This document shows positions 17,872 to 26,272 of a DNA stretch of 64,000 nt, one piece after another (position 1 is the first letter of the stretch; the number at the start of each line of letters is the position of its first letter). The notes beneath the pieces were generated by a model. It had not been told where the DNA came from. It saw nothing but the letters and a program-made list of their open reading frames with translations, and ran no database searches. Origin of the DNA: an uncultured Actinomycetes bacterium (lineage in GTDB: Bacteria; Actinomycetota; UBA4738; HRBIN12); the NCBI GenBank assembly GCA_963704885.1, contig CAVPIB010000001.1:960001-1024000 (forward strand). The letters are read 5' to 3'. The translations under genes were made by a program, and so were the position numbers.

Positions 17872-18050
17872 CCCCCGGATGACCCCCGCCGTTCGACCGA
17901 GTCAGGGTCGGGGTCGGGTGGATCTTCAGTCCCCCGAGGTCCTTGGAGCACGGGCCCGTGGCCGACGCCGGGGACCGCCCGCACGACCCAGCGAAATGAC
18001 AGCAGGGTGCTATGGCCGTCGGACGAGCCGTGCGGCACTCTTGACCGACC

Positions 18051-18233
18051 ATGGCTGATACGAACGGAACCTGCCCAACCTGCCGATCGGGCGACCTCAT
18101 CTCGATCACCATGACCGTCGCCGGGCGCGAGCTGGCGTTCTCCACCTGTCACCTCTGCGAGGCGAAGTGGTGGTATCGGGAAGGCAAGCAGGTCCCGCTG
18201 CAGTCGGTGATCGGTCTCGTCGTTCAGCAGTAG
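18051..18233 (+). CDS. Small zinc-ribbon protein (60 aa)
   Basis: CPTC ... CHLC..KWW; GC-rich third codon positions. Confidence 0.65.
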   Translation: MADTNGTCPTCRSGDLISITMTVAGRELAFSTCHLCEAKWWYREGKQVPLQSVIGLVVQQ

Positions 18234-18283
18234 CTCGGCGGGCCCGCCTGACGGTCGGCGAGCGCCTCCGTAGGATGCCGCTC

Positions 18284-19636
18284 GTGAGCGCCACCGATCT
18301 GAGTCGCATCTTCAAGGCGTACGACGTACGAGGCGTGGTGCCCGACGAGCTAGACGAGGAGCTCGCGCGCCGTATCGGAGCCGCGTTCGCCGGATGGACG
18401 GGCGCACCCCGGATCCTGATCGGTCGCGACTGCCGGCTGTCGTCGCCCGCGATCGCCTCCGCGCTCGCTGGGGGCATGACCGCTCGGGGTGCCGACGTCG
18501 TCGACCTCGGTTTGGCCTCCACGGATCTCCTCTACTACGCGGCCGGCTCGCTGGATATGCCCGGCGTGATGATCACAGCCAGCCACAATCCGAAGCAGTA
18601 CAACGGACTCAAGTTCTGCCTCAGCGGCGCCAGGCCTGTTGGGGAAGAGAGCGGTCTCCACGAGATCCGGGCCCTAACCGAGGCAGGTTTCACGCCCGTC
18701 GCCGACCCGGGGACCGTGGAGAGACAGGATCTCCTGCCGGCCTTCGTCGAGCACGTGTTGGGATTCGTCGGATCGGAGATGCGACCGCTCGTCGTGGTGA
18801 TCGACACCGCGAACGGCATGGGTGGATTGGTGGCGCCGGCCGTCTTCGATCGGCTACCGATCACCTTGCACCACCTCTACCCCGAGCTCGACGGCACGTT
18901 CCCCAACCATCCCGCCGACCCGATCGATCCGGAGAACCAGCGCGACCTCCGGGCGGCTGTGCTGGAGCACGGGGCGGACATCGGCCTGGCCTTCGACGGC
19001 GACGCGGATCGCGTGTTCCTTGTCGACGAACGAGCCCAGGACGTTAGTGGCTCGCTGGTGACGGCCCTCGTAGCTCAGGCGATGCTTCGGCGCGAGCCCG
19101 GCGCGGCGATCATCTACAACCTGATCTGCTCGTGGACGGTCCCCGAGGTGATCCGCGAGAACGGGGGCACTCCCATCCGCACGCGTGTCGGCCATTCGTT
19201 CATCAAGCAGGAGATGGCCGAGACGGGGGCGATCTTCGGCGGAGAGCATTCGGGCCACTACTACTTCCGCGAGAACTACCGAGCGGACTCCGGACTGATC
19301 GCGGCCGTGCTGGTTCTGGCCCAACTCTCGGAGGCCTCGGTTCCGCTCTCGCAGCTCCTGGCGCCGTTCCGGCGCTACGTCGCCTCCGGCGAGATCAATT
19401 CGAGGGTGGACGACCAGGAGGCGCGCATCGAGGGCGTGGCCGCGGCGCTCGCCGACGGTCTCCAGGACCGCCTGGACGGCCTGACGGTAGAGTTCGACGA
19501 CTGGTGGTGCAACGTCCGGGCTTCCAACACCGAGCCGCTGCTCCGCCTGAACGTGGAGGCCAGGACCGAGGACCTGCTCAGGGAGAAGACGGCCATGGTC
19601 CTTGGAGCCATCCGAGGAGAAGGAGAGGACGCGTGA
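18284..19636 (+). CDS. manB: Phosphomannomutase/phosphoglucomutase
   Basis: IFKAYDVRG, ITASHNP, FDGDADR, GGEHSGH, RASNTEP. Confidence 0.9.
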   Translation: MSATDLSRIFKAYDVRGVVPDELDEELARRIGAAFAGWTGAPRILIGRDCRLSSPAIASALAGGMTARGADVVDLGLASTDLLYYAAGSLDMPGVMITASHNPKQYNGLKFCLSGARPVGEESGLHEIRALTEAGFTPVADPGTVERQDLLPAFVEHVLGFVGSEMRPLVVVIDTANGMGGLVAPAVFDRLPITLHHLYPELDGTFPNHPADPIDPENQRDLRAAVLEHGADIGLAFDGDADRVFLVDERAQDVSGSLVTALVAQAMLRREPGAAIIYNLICSWTVPEVIRENGGTPIRTRVGHSFIKQEMAETGAIFGGEHSGHYYFRENYRADSGLIAAVLVLAQLSEASVPLSQLLAPFRRYVASGEINSRVDDQEARIEGVAAALADGLQDRLDGLTVEFDDWWCNVRASNTEPLLRLNVEARTEDLLREKTAMVLGAIRGEGEDA

Positions 19637-19812
19637 CGCTCGACGCCGAGTTGCTTGAGATCTTGGTGTGCCCGAACGATCGAGGCGAGGTGGACTACCT
19701 CGAGGACGAGCAGGTGATCGTCTGTCGAACCTGTGGCTACCGGTACCCGGTACGTGACGACATCCCGGTCATGTTGATCGACGAGGCCGAGAAGCCAGCC
19801 GTCGGCAGATGA
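19633..19812 (+). CDS. Trm112 family protein
   Basis: LLEILVCP..C..C..YPVRDDIPVMLIDEA; GTGA coupling. Confidence 0.88.
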   Translation: MTLDAELLEILVCPNDRGEVDYLEDEQVIVCRTCGYRYPVRDDIPVMLIDEAEKPAVGR

Positions 19813-20867
19813 CCGACCTCGACGATCCGCACGCGCTCCGACTGGCGGACCCACAAGGGATGCTCGACGCCGTCTTGGGGCTCCCGCGTGACTGTCGCTC
19901 GGCCTACGACTCCGCCCGCCTTGCCGAGGGGTTGCCGTCGACGCGCGACGTTTCCTCGGTGACGTTCTGCGGCATGGGCGGGTCCGCCGTCTCGGGCGAC
20001 GTGGTGCGCTCGGTCTTCTTGGAGCGTTTGGGTATGCCGGTCGAGGTGAACCGCTCACCTGTGCTTCCCGAGCACTGCAACTCGCGATCACTCGTCGTGT
20101 GCTCGTCGTACTCGGGGAACACCACCGAGACGTTGGCCTCGTTCCGGACCGCGCTCGCTCGAGGGTGCCGCGTGCTGGTCGTCACCTCGGGGGGGACGAT
20201 CGGCTATGAGGCCGAGGAGGCGGGCGTCGGGATCGTTCGCGTGCCCCCGGGGTATCAGCCACGTGCGGCCCTGGGGCATCTGGGGTTCGCGTCGCTCGGG
20301 GCGCTCGAAGCTATGGGGCTCCTGCCGTCGCTCGCGGACGATGTAGCAGAGGCTGTCGGCGAGATCGAGGCGTTGTTCGCGACGAGCGCCTCCGATGTCC
20401 CCTCAGCGATGGATCCCACGAAGGCTCTGGCGATCCGCATAGACGATCGCATCCCTGTCTTCTGGGGCGCGGACGGCATCGGATCGGTCGCAGCCGCACG
20501 ATGGAAGACCCAGGTGAACGAGAACGCGAAGCGACCCGCCTTCTGGTCGTCGATGTCCGAGCTCGATCACAACGAGGTCGTGGGATGGTCGGCGCCGTTC
20601 GGAGAGAGGTTCGTGGTGGTCGGACTGCGGCACGAGGGGGAGCATGCGGAGATCCCGGCGCGCTTCCCGCTCTCGTTCGCTATCGCGCGAGCATCCGGAG
20701 CCGCTGTCGAGGAGGTCCACGCCCGCGGCACGTCTGCGCTATCGCGGCTCATGACCCTGATCGCTATGGGAGACGTCATGAGCGTCTACCTGGCGCTCGC
20801 GAACGACGTGGATCCGACCCCCGTCGCCGTGATCGAGCGCCTGAAGGCGGCGCTGGCGGGATCGTGA
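19809..20867 (+). CDS. Bifunctional phosphoglucose/phosphomannose isomerase (SIS domain)
   Basis: GMGGSA, SYSGNTTET, TSGG, QPRAA, RWKTQVNENAK, ELDHNE, DPTPV. Confidence 0.88.
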   Translation: MTDLDDPHALRLADPQGMLDAVLGLPRDCRSAYDSARLAEGLPSTRDVSSVTFCGMGGSAVSGDVVRSVFLERLGMPVEVNRSPVLPEHCNSRSLVVCSSYSGNTTETLASFRTALARGCRVLVVTSGGTIGYEAEEAGVGIVRVPPGYQPRAALGHLGFASLGALEAMGLLPSLADDVAEAVGEIEALFATSASDVPSAMDPTKALAIRIDDRIPVFWGADGIGSVAAARWKTQVNENAKRPAFWSSMSELDHNEVVGWSAPFGERFVVVGLRHEGEHAEIPARFPLSFAIARASGAAVEEVHARGTSALSRLMTLIAMGDVMSVYLALANDVDPTPVAVIERLKAALAGS

Positions 20868-20871
20868 CCTG

Positions 20872-21714
20872 GTGAGCCCGAACGGTCTTCCCGGTCCCGG
20901 AGACGATCTGCCGCAGCGAGCGGCGGGGGTCGTTCGATCCCGCACGGCGATGATCCCTCGGATCGGCCTGATCCTGGGATCGGGGCTCGGCCCCGCGCTC
21001 GGTCCGTCCTTCGAGGAGGAGGCCTCGTTCGCGTTCGACGAGCTGCCCGGGTTCCCGCCCCCGGGGGTGCCCGGCCACGCAGGCAGGCTGGCCCTCGGCA
21101 GGCTCGCGGGCGTGCCCGTCGCCGCTTACTCAGGCCGCGTGCACTTCTACGAGGGGCACGGGATGGACGTCCCGGCGCTCCTGCCTCGGCTGGCGCGTGA
21201 GTTGGGTGCAGGCACGATGGTGTTGACGGCGGCGGCGGGTGGGGTCGAGCCCGGCCTGGCGGCCGGAACGGTGGTGGTCTTGACCGATCACCTGAACATG
21301 ATGGGAACGGCTCCGCTCCGTGCGTGGCGATACCCGGATGGGATGCCGGCGTTTGTTCCCATGGGCGATGCGTACGACGAGAACCTGGTGGCGCTGGCGC
21401 TCGAGAGAGCCGTGGCGCTCGACGTTGTCGCGGTACCGGGCGTCTACGCGGCGATGTCGGGACCGGCGTACGAGACGCGCGCGGAGCTGACGCTCGTGCG
21501 ACAGGCAGGGGCGACGATCGTGGGCATGTCCGTGGTGCCGGAGGCGCTCCCGGCCCGGGCGCTGGGCATGCGTGTGCTCGGGCTGAGTATGGTGACGAAC
21601 GCGTTGGGCGAACCCGTAAGCCACGAAGAAGTAGTGCGCGTCTCGAATGAGACCGCGGTCGCGGTGGGCAGGCTGTTGGTGGACCTGCTCCCGCGCATCG
21701 ACGAAGGAGCGTGA
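20872..21714 (+). CDS. punA: Purine-nucleoside phosphorylase
   Basis: ILGSGLG, GHAG, GRVHFYEG, GPAYET, VGMS..PE, TN. Confidence 0.85.
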   Translation: MSPNGLPGPGDDLPQRAAGVVRSRTAMIPRIGLILGSGLGPALGPSFEEEASFAFDELPGFPPPGVPGHAGRLALGRLAGVPVAAYSGRVHFYEGHGMDVPALLPRLARELGAGTMVLTAAAGGVEPGLAAGTVVVLTDHLNMMGTAPLRAWRYPDGMPAFVPMGDAYDENLVALALERAVALDVVAVPGVYAAMSGPAYETRAELTLVRQAGATIVGMSVVPEALPARALGMRVLGLSMVTNALGEPVSHEEVVRVSNETAVAVGRLLVDLLPRIDEGA

Positions 21715-21717
21715 ATC

Positions 21718-22974
21718 ATGGGATGCGACGTGAAGGATATGGGGTTGGCGACCACCGGGCGTGAGCGGATCGAATGGGCGGCGGGCGAGATGCCGGTGCT
21801 CGCCCTGATCCGCGAGCGGTTCGAGAAGGAACGTCCGCTGGACGGGATCAGGATCGCCGCCTGCCTCCACGTCACCACCGAGACCGCGAACCTGATGGAG
21901 ACGCTCGCGGCCGGGGGCGCGGAGGTGGCGCTCTGCGCCTCGAACCCGCTCTCGACCCAGGATGATGTAGCGGCCGCGCTCTGCGAGCAGAGCGGGATCG
22001 CCACCTTCGCGGTGAAGGGTGAGGACACAGAGACGTTCTTCCGCCATATCAACGAGGTGCTGGACACGCACCCGCACATCACCATGGATGACGGCGCCGA
22101 CATGGTGAGCGTCCTTCACAAGGAGCGCGCGGATCAGATCGCCGAGATCATCGGCGGGACCGAGGAGACGACCACCGGCGTGATCCGCCTGCGGGCGATG
22201 GCCGCCGACGGCGCCTTGAAGTACGCGATCGTCTCCGTGAACGATGCCGATACGAAGCATCTGTTCGACAACCGGTTCGGCACGGGGCAGTCCACCATCG
22301 ACGCCATCATGCGCTCGACCAACAGGTTGCTGGCCGGGCGAACCTTGGTCGTGTGCGGCTACGGGATGTGCGGGCGCGGGGTGGCCTCGCGGGCGAGCGG
22401 GATGGGTGCGCACGTCGTGGTCACCGAGGTCGATCCCACCAGCGCGCTCGAGGCGGTCATGGAGGGGTACCGCGTGATGCCGATTCGCGACGCCGCCCGC
22501 GTGGGGGACGTGTTCGTGACGGTGACCGGCGACACCAGCGTGATCCGAGGCGAGCACATGGAGCTGATGAAGGACGGCGCCATCCTGGCGAACTCCGGGC
22601 ACTTCGACGTGGAGATCGACAAGGCAGCTCTGGCGGGGCTGGCCGTCCGTACACGACGGATCCGGGAGTTCGTCGACGAGTACACCATGGCGGACGGGCG
22701 ACGCCTGCATCTGTTGGGTGAGGGACGTTTGGTGAACCTCTCCGCCGCGGAGGGTCATCCGGCGGCGGTGATGGACATGTCGTTCGCGAATCAGGCTCTT
22801 GCCGTCGAGTGGGTCGTGAAGCAACATGAGGAGCTGGGACCTGAGGTCTATCCGGTGCCGGTCGAGATCGACAAGGATGTTGCCCGGCTGAAGTTGCGCG
22901 CGATGGGCGTCGAGATAGACACGCTCACGGCGGAGCAGGACTCCTACCTGCACTCGTGGCAGCAGGGGACGTGA
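21718..22974 (+). CDS. ahcY: Adenosylhomocysteinase
   Basis: [51 protein letters not shown]. Confidence 0.96.
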   Translation: MGCDVKDMGLATTGRERIEWAAGEMPVLALIRERFEKERPLDGIRIAACLHVTTETANLMETLAAGGAEVALCASNPLSTQDDVAAALCEQSGIATFAVKGEDTETFFRHINEVLDTHPHITMDDGADMVSVLHKERADQIAEIIGGTEETTTGVIRLRAMAADGALKYAIVSVNDADTKHLFDNRFGTGQSTIDAIMRSTNRLLAGRTLVVCGYGMCGRGVASRASGMGAHVVVTEVDPTSALEAVMEGYRVMPIRDAARVGDVFVTVTGDTSVIRGEHMELMKDGAILANSGHFDVEIDKAALAGLAVRTRRIREFVDEYTMADGRRLHLLGEGRLVNLSAAEGHPAAVMDMSFANQALAVEWVVKQHEELGPEVYPVPVEIDKDVARLKLRAMGVEIDTLTAEQDSYLHSWQQGT

Positions 22975-23624
22975 GCGAGACCGGATCCATGGAAGAGCGG
23001 GTATCCATCCGAGCGCATTTCGAGCGGTTCCCCGCCACCATCAAGGGTGCGTTCGTCTTGCGTGGGGCCGATCGCGATCCTCACCAGGTCCGGATCGACT
23101 CCGCAAGGGTGCGCGAGATCTCGGGCCGAGGAGGTCTGCCGATCGACCTGGATACCGTAACGCTGGACGTGGCGCCCAACCTCGACCTGTTCGTCCCGTT
23201 CGAGTTCGCGATCACGGAGCTCAAGGCTGGGTGGTACGGGCTGGAGTGCGATGTGGCGATCGACGGCGTGCCGACCAACGTTCGGCCGCCCAAGCGGTTC
23301 GCCGTGCCTTGGCCCCGCGGTTCGGTGCGGCGGGGCAACGTGAGCGTGAACCGGTCGGTACAGGTGGAAGGCGGGCCGAAGGTCCGCGTGGAACAGGTGG
23401 AATGTGGCGGCGATTCCATCCGGATGTCGTACTCGGTCACTCCGGCGGAGCCGGTCGTGATCCGATTGAGCGGCGACGGAGCTCCCGTTCCGGTCCTGGA
23501 GACGGAGCTCCAGGAGGAGGACGGACGCGGACGCCTGACCGCCTACCCCCTGCTCCGCACGCAGTCTCGTCTGGAGATAGACGTGAAGGGCGCCCCCGCA
23601 CCGCTGGACGTTCGTCTGCCCTAG
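22971..23624 (+). CDS. Hypothetical beta-rich protein
   Basis: GTGA coupling to ahcY; coding-like codon bias; no recognised motif. Confidence 0.6.
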   Translation: MSETGSMEERVSIRAHFERFPATIKGAFVLRGADRDPHQVRIDSARVREISGRGGLPIDLDTVTLDVAPNLDLFVPFEFAITELKAGWYGLECDVAIDGVPTNVRPPKRFAVPWPRGSVRRGNVSVNRSVQVEGGPKVRVEQVECGGDSIRMSYSVTPAEPVVIRLSGDGAPVPVLETELQEEDGRGRLTAYPLLRTQSRLEIDVKGAPAPLDVRLP

Positions 23625-23661
23625 CTCAGGCGGTGTCGTTACCTGGCGCTAGCGTCGTCTG

Positions 23662-24396
23662 GTGGTGGCCAGGGCGCTCGACGTGGTCTTCCCGCCTCGA
23701 TGCGCCGGCTGCGCGCGGGGCGCCTGGCCGTTCTGTCGACCCTGCAACTCCGCGCTCGTGCCGCTGTTGCCGCCGTGGTGTGGGCGATGCGGCCGTCCGC
23801 GTCCGGATGAAGTGGAGAGCTGTCGCGAGTGCCCACCCTCGCCTCTGGCGGGGGCCCGTGCCCCGTTCCTGTACGCCGGTCCCGCTCGCGCGGCGATCAT
23901 CCGCCTGAAGTTCTCCGGATGGCGGAGCGTGGCAGCTGCGCTGGCCGACGCGATGGTCGCCGTCGGGCCGCCACCGGCCGACGCCGTCACCTGGGTTCCG
24001 CTCGCGCGTCGGCGACTGGCCGAACGCGGGTACGACCAGGCTCGAGCCCTCGCAGTGGCGGTTGGCGCGCGACTCCACCTGCCGGTCGTTCGCCTCGCGC
24101 GCCGAGTGCTTGCCACAGACCCGCAGGCCATGCGCACCGGAGGGCAACGACGGGTTGCCATGAAGGGGGCCTTCCGACCCACGCGCCTCCCGGCGCCCGA
24201 GACGGTGCTCCTGATCGACGACGTGCTCACCACCGGCGCCACCGCTGCCGCTTGCGCTGAAGCCATGGTCGGAGCGGGTGCGCGCCGGGTGACGTTGCTT
24301 ACCGCGGCGCGCGCGTTCGCCCGTCCCGAGGGGTCTGGCTATACTCGGCTGGGCTCTCAACCGGGTCTGTGGTTGCCCGGGGATCTTCCCCGGTAG
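23662..24396 (+). CDS. comF: ComF family protein (double zinc ribbon + PRTase-like domain)
   Basis: FPPRCAGC..CxxC, RGYDQA, LLIDDVLTTGAT. Confidence 0.88.
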   Translation: MVARALDVVFPPRCAGCARGAWPFCRPCNSALVPLLPPWCGRCGRPRPDEVESCRECPPSPLAGARAPFLYAGPARAAIIRLKFSGWRSVAAALADAMVAVGPPPADAVTWVPLARRRLAERGYDQARALAVAVGARLHLPVVRLARRVLATDPQAMRTGGQRRVAMKGAFRPTRLPAPETVLLIDDVLTTGATAAACAEAMVGAGARRVTLLTAARAFARPEGSGYTRLGSQPGLWLPGDLPR

Positions 24397-24592
24397 TCGA
24401 CGCCAGCCGCGGGCGAAACGACCCACGTAAGGCGACCATTGGTCGGCCGAGCATGGCGCGGTTTAGATGTAAGTCCTGCCTCGGGCCGGGTGACCGGACC
24501 GGGAGAAGGTGCTAAGCCGTTCCTTCGGGGGCGGCGACCCCCTCCGCAGGCGGGTGTGGGGGCAAAGACCAGGTCAGCCGGGAGGGAGCCCA
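24350..24592 (+). ncRNA. raiA motif RNA
   Basis: Located between comF and hpf/raiA; segments GGTCTGTGGTTG, AGTCGACGCCAG, GAAACGACCCACGTAAG, GAGCATGG, TTAGATGTAAGTCCTGCC and AAAGACCAGGTCA match my recollection of the motif; closing stem TGGGCTCTC/GGGAGCCCA; TATACT at 24340-24345. Confidence 0.85.
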
Positions 24593-24622
24593 CCCGGAGC
24601 GAAAGGGGGCGAAGCTACAGGG

Positions 24623-25018
24623 ATGGATCTGACCTTCACGGGCCGCGGGCTCGCGCTCACCGACGAGGTTCGGGAGATCGCCGAGCACAAGCTCTCGCAC
24701 CTCGCCCGGCTAGAGCCGCGGACGACGCGGGTGGATCTGGAGTTCATCGCCGAACATCACCCGAGGATCGACGGGACCACGCGCGTGGAGGCCGCACTCT
24801 TCGTGCCTCGCAAGACGTTCCGGGCCGAGGCCGAGGCCGAGGACGTCCCGACCGCGCTCGACCGGGTAGCTGAGCGCCTCGACCGGCAGATCAGGGATTA
24901 CCACGGCCGCCGCAAGAAGCGGGCGGCCCGCAAGGATGCACTAGAATCCGCGCGCCCGAGGCCCCAGACTGCCGATACAACGGGGGAGCAGACCGGAGAG
25001 GATCTGGGGGGACAGTGA
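24623..25018 (+). CDS. hpf: Ribosome hibernation factor HPF/RaiA (short form)
   Basis: MDLTFTGRGLALTD..EHKL..AEAEAED..ALDRVAERLDRQIR; sits between comF and secA. Confidence 0.85.
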   Translation: MDLTFTGRGLALTDEVREIAEHKLSHLARLEPRTTRVDLEFIAEHHPRIDGTTRVEAALFVPRKTFRAEAEAEDVPTALDRVAERLDRQIRDYHGRRKKRAARKDALESARPRPQTADTTGEQTGEDLGGQ

Positions 25019-25704
25019 CGTCCAAGGGCGAGAATGGAACGGCTGAGCGGCTCCGAGTGATGGTGGTGGACGATCACGCCTTGTTCCGAAGGGGCCTGGA
25101 GATGGTCCTTCAGGGAGAGGAAGACCTGGAGCTGGTCGGTGAAGCCTCCGACGGAGCCGAGGCGGTCGACAGGGCCACCGAGCTGATGCCCGACGTGGTG
25201 CTCATGGACGTACGGATGCCCAAGCGCTCCGGTATCGAGGCCGCAGGTCAGATCAAGGACCTGCTGCCGCATGTGAAGATCCTGATGCTCACGATCAGCG
25301 ACGAGGAGGCGGACCTCTACGACGCGATCAAAGCGGGGGCCTCGGGATACCTCCTCAAGGAGATCCCGATCGAGGAGGTAGCCGACGCCATCCGCTCCGT
25401 CTGGGCGGGGCAATCGCGGATCTCACCCTCGATGGCCTCCAAGCTCCTGACCGAGTTCGCCGCCATGTCCAAGGCTTCCGACGAACGCCCGCAGATGCCG
25501 GCGCCGCGGCTCACGGATCGCGAGATGGAGGTCCTGCGACTCGTCGCGCAGGGCCTGAACAACCGCGACATCGCCAAGGAGCTGTTCATCTCAGAGAACA
25601 CGGTCAAGAACCACATCCGCAACATCCTGGAGAAGCTCCACCTGCACTCGCGGATGGAGGCGGTCGTCTACGCCGTCCGCGAGAAGATGATCGAGATCAG
25701 CTGA
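25015..25704 (+). CDS. NarL/LuxR family response regulator (no adjacent kinase)
   Basis: VVDDH, DVVLMDVRMP, GYLLK, LTDRE..TVKNH. Confidence 0.92.
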   Translation: MTSKGENGTAERLRVMVVDDHALFRRGLEMVLQGEEDLELVGEASDGAEAVDRATELMPDVVLMDVRMPKRSGIEAAGQIKDLLPHVKILMLTISDEEADLYDAIKAGASGYLLKEIPIEEVADAIRSVWAGQSRISPSMASKLLTEFAAMSKASDERPQMPAPRLTDREMEVLRLVAQGLNNRDIAKELFISENTVKNHIRNILEKLHLHSRMEAVVYAVREKMIEIS

Positions 25705-25732
25705 ACGTGTTGGAGGCGGGGGATAGGTGACT

Positions 25733-26185
25733 GTGAGCGATCCCACGCTCGAAGCCGCACGCAGCATCGTGGACGAGTCGTTGGACGCGATGCGCGCCGC
25801 GATAACCGGAGCGTCGGCCGACGCATTGAACGGTCGCCCTGCCGGCGACGACTCGAACCCCATCGCGGTGTTGGTCGTGCACGCGCTGAGCAGCACGCGC
25901 TGGTGGTTGAGCGTGGCCTTGGGTCAGCCGGTCCCCGAGCGGGACCGCCCGGCCGAGTTCCTCACGACGGTGGCTAGCGCCGATGAGCTGCTCGGATCGT
26001 TCGATCCGATCGCCGCCGACTGCCGGGCGTTGTTGAGCACCGATGTTGCGTTCGACCCAGGAGCGATCCGCGAGGACCCACGCGACGGCGACAAGGTGAC
26101 GGCGGCGTGGGCGCTCATCCACGCGGTGGAGCACCTACGCGAGCACGTCGGTCACGCGGAGCTCACCCGTCAGCTGCTCGGATGA
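25733..26185 (+). CDS. DinB family protein
   Basis: SNPIAVLVVH, RDRPAEF, HAVEHLREHVGH. Confidence 0.8.
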   Translation: MSDPTLEAARSIVDESLDAMRAAITGASADALNGRPAGDDSNPIAVLVVHALSSTRWWLSVALGQPVPERDRPAEFLTTVASADELLGSFDPIAADCRALLSTDVAFDPGAIREDPRDGDKVTAAWALIHAVEHLREHVGHAELTRQLLG

Positions 26186-26272
26186 CCGGGGCCGCTCCGA
26201 GGCTTGAACCGCTCGGCCGATAGAATCGAAGGACCCACTGACCCGAACCTCCCCTTGGAAAGGCCTGTTCCC

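Noticed and set aside
24405-24430. c-di-GMP-I riboswitch from a GGGCGAAAC-like segment
   Set aside because: The segment is part of the raiA-motif RNA.
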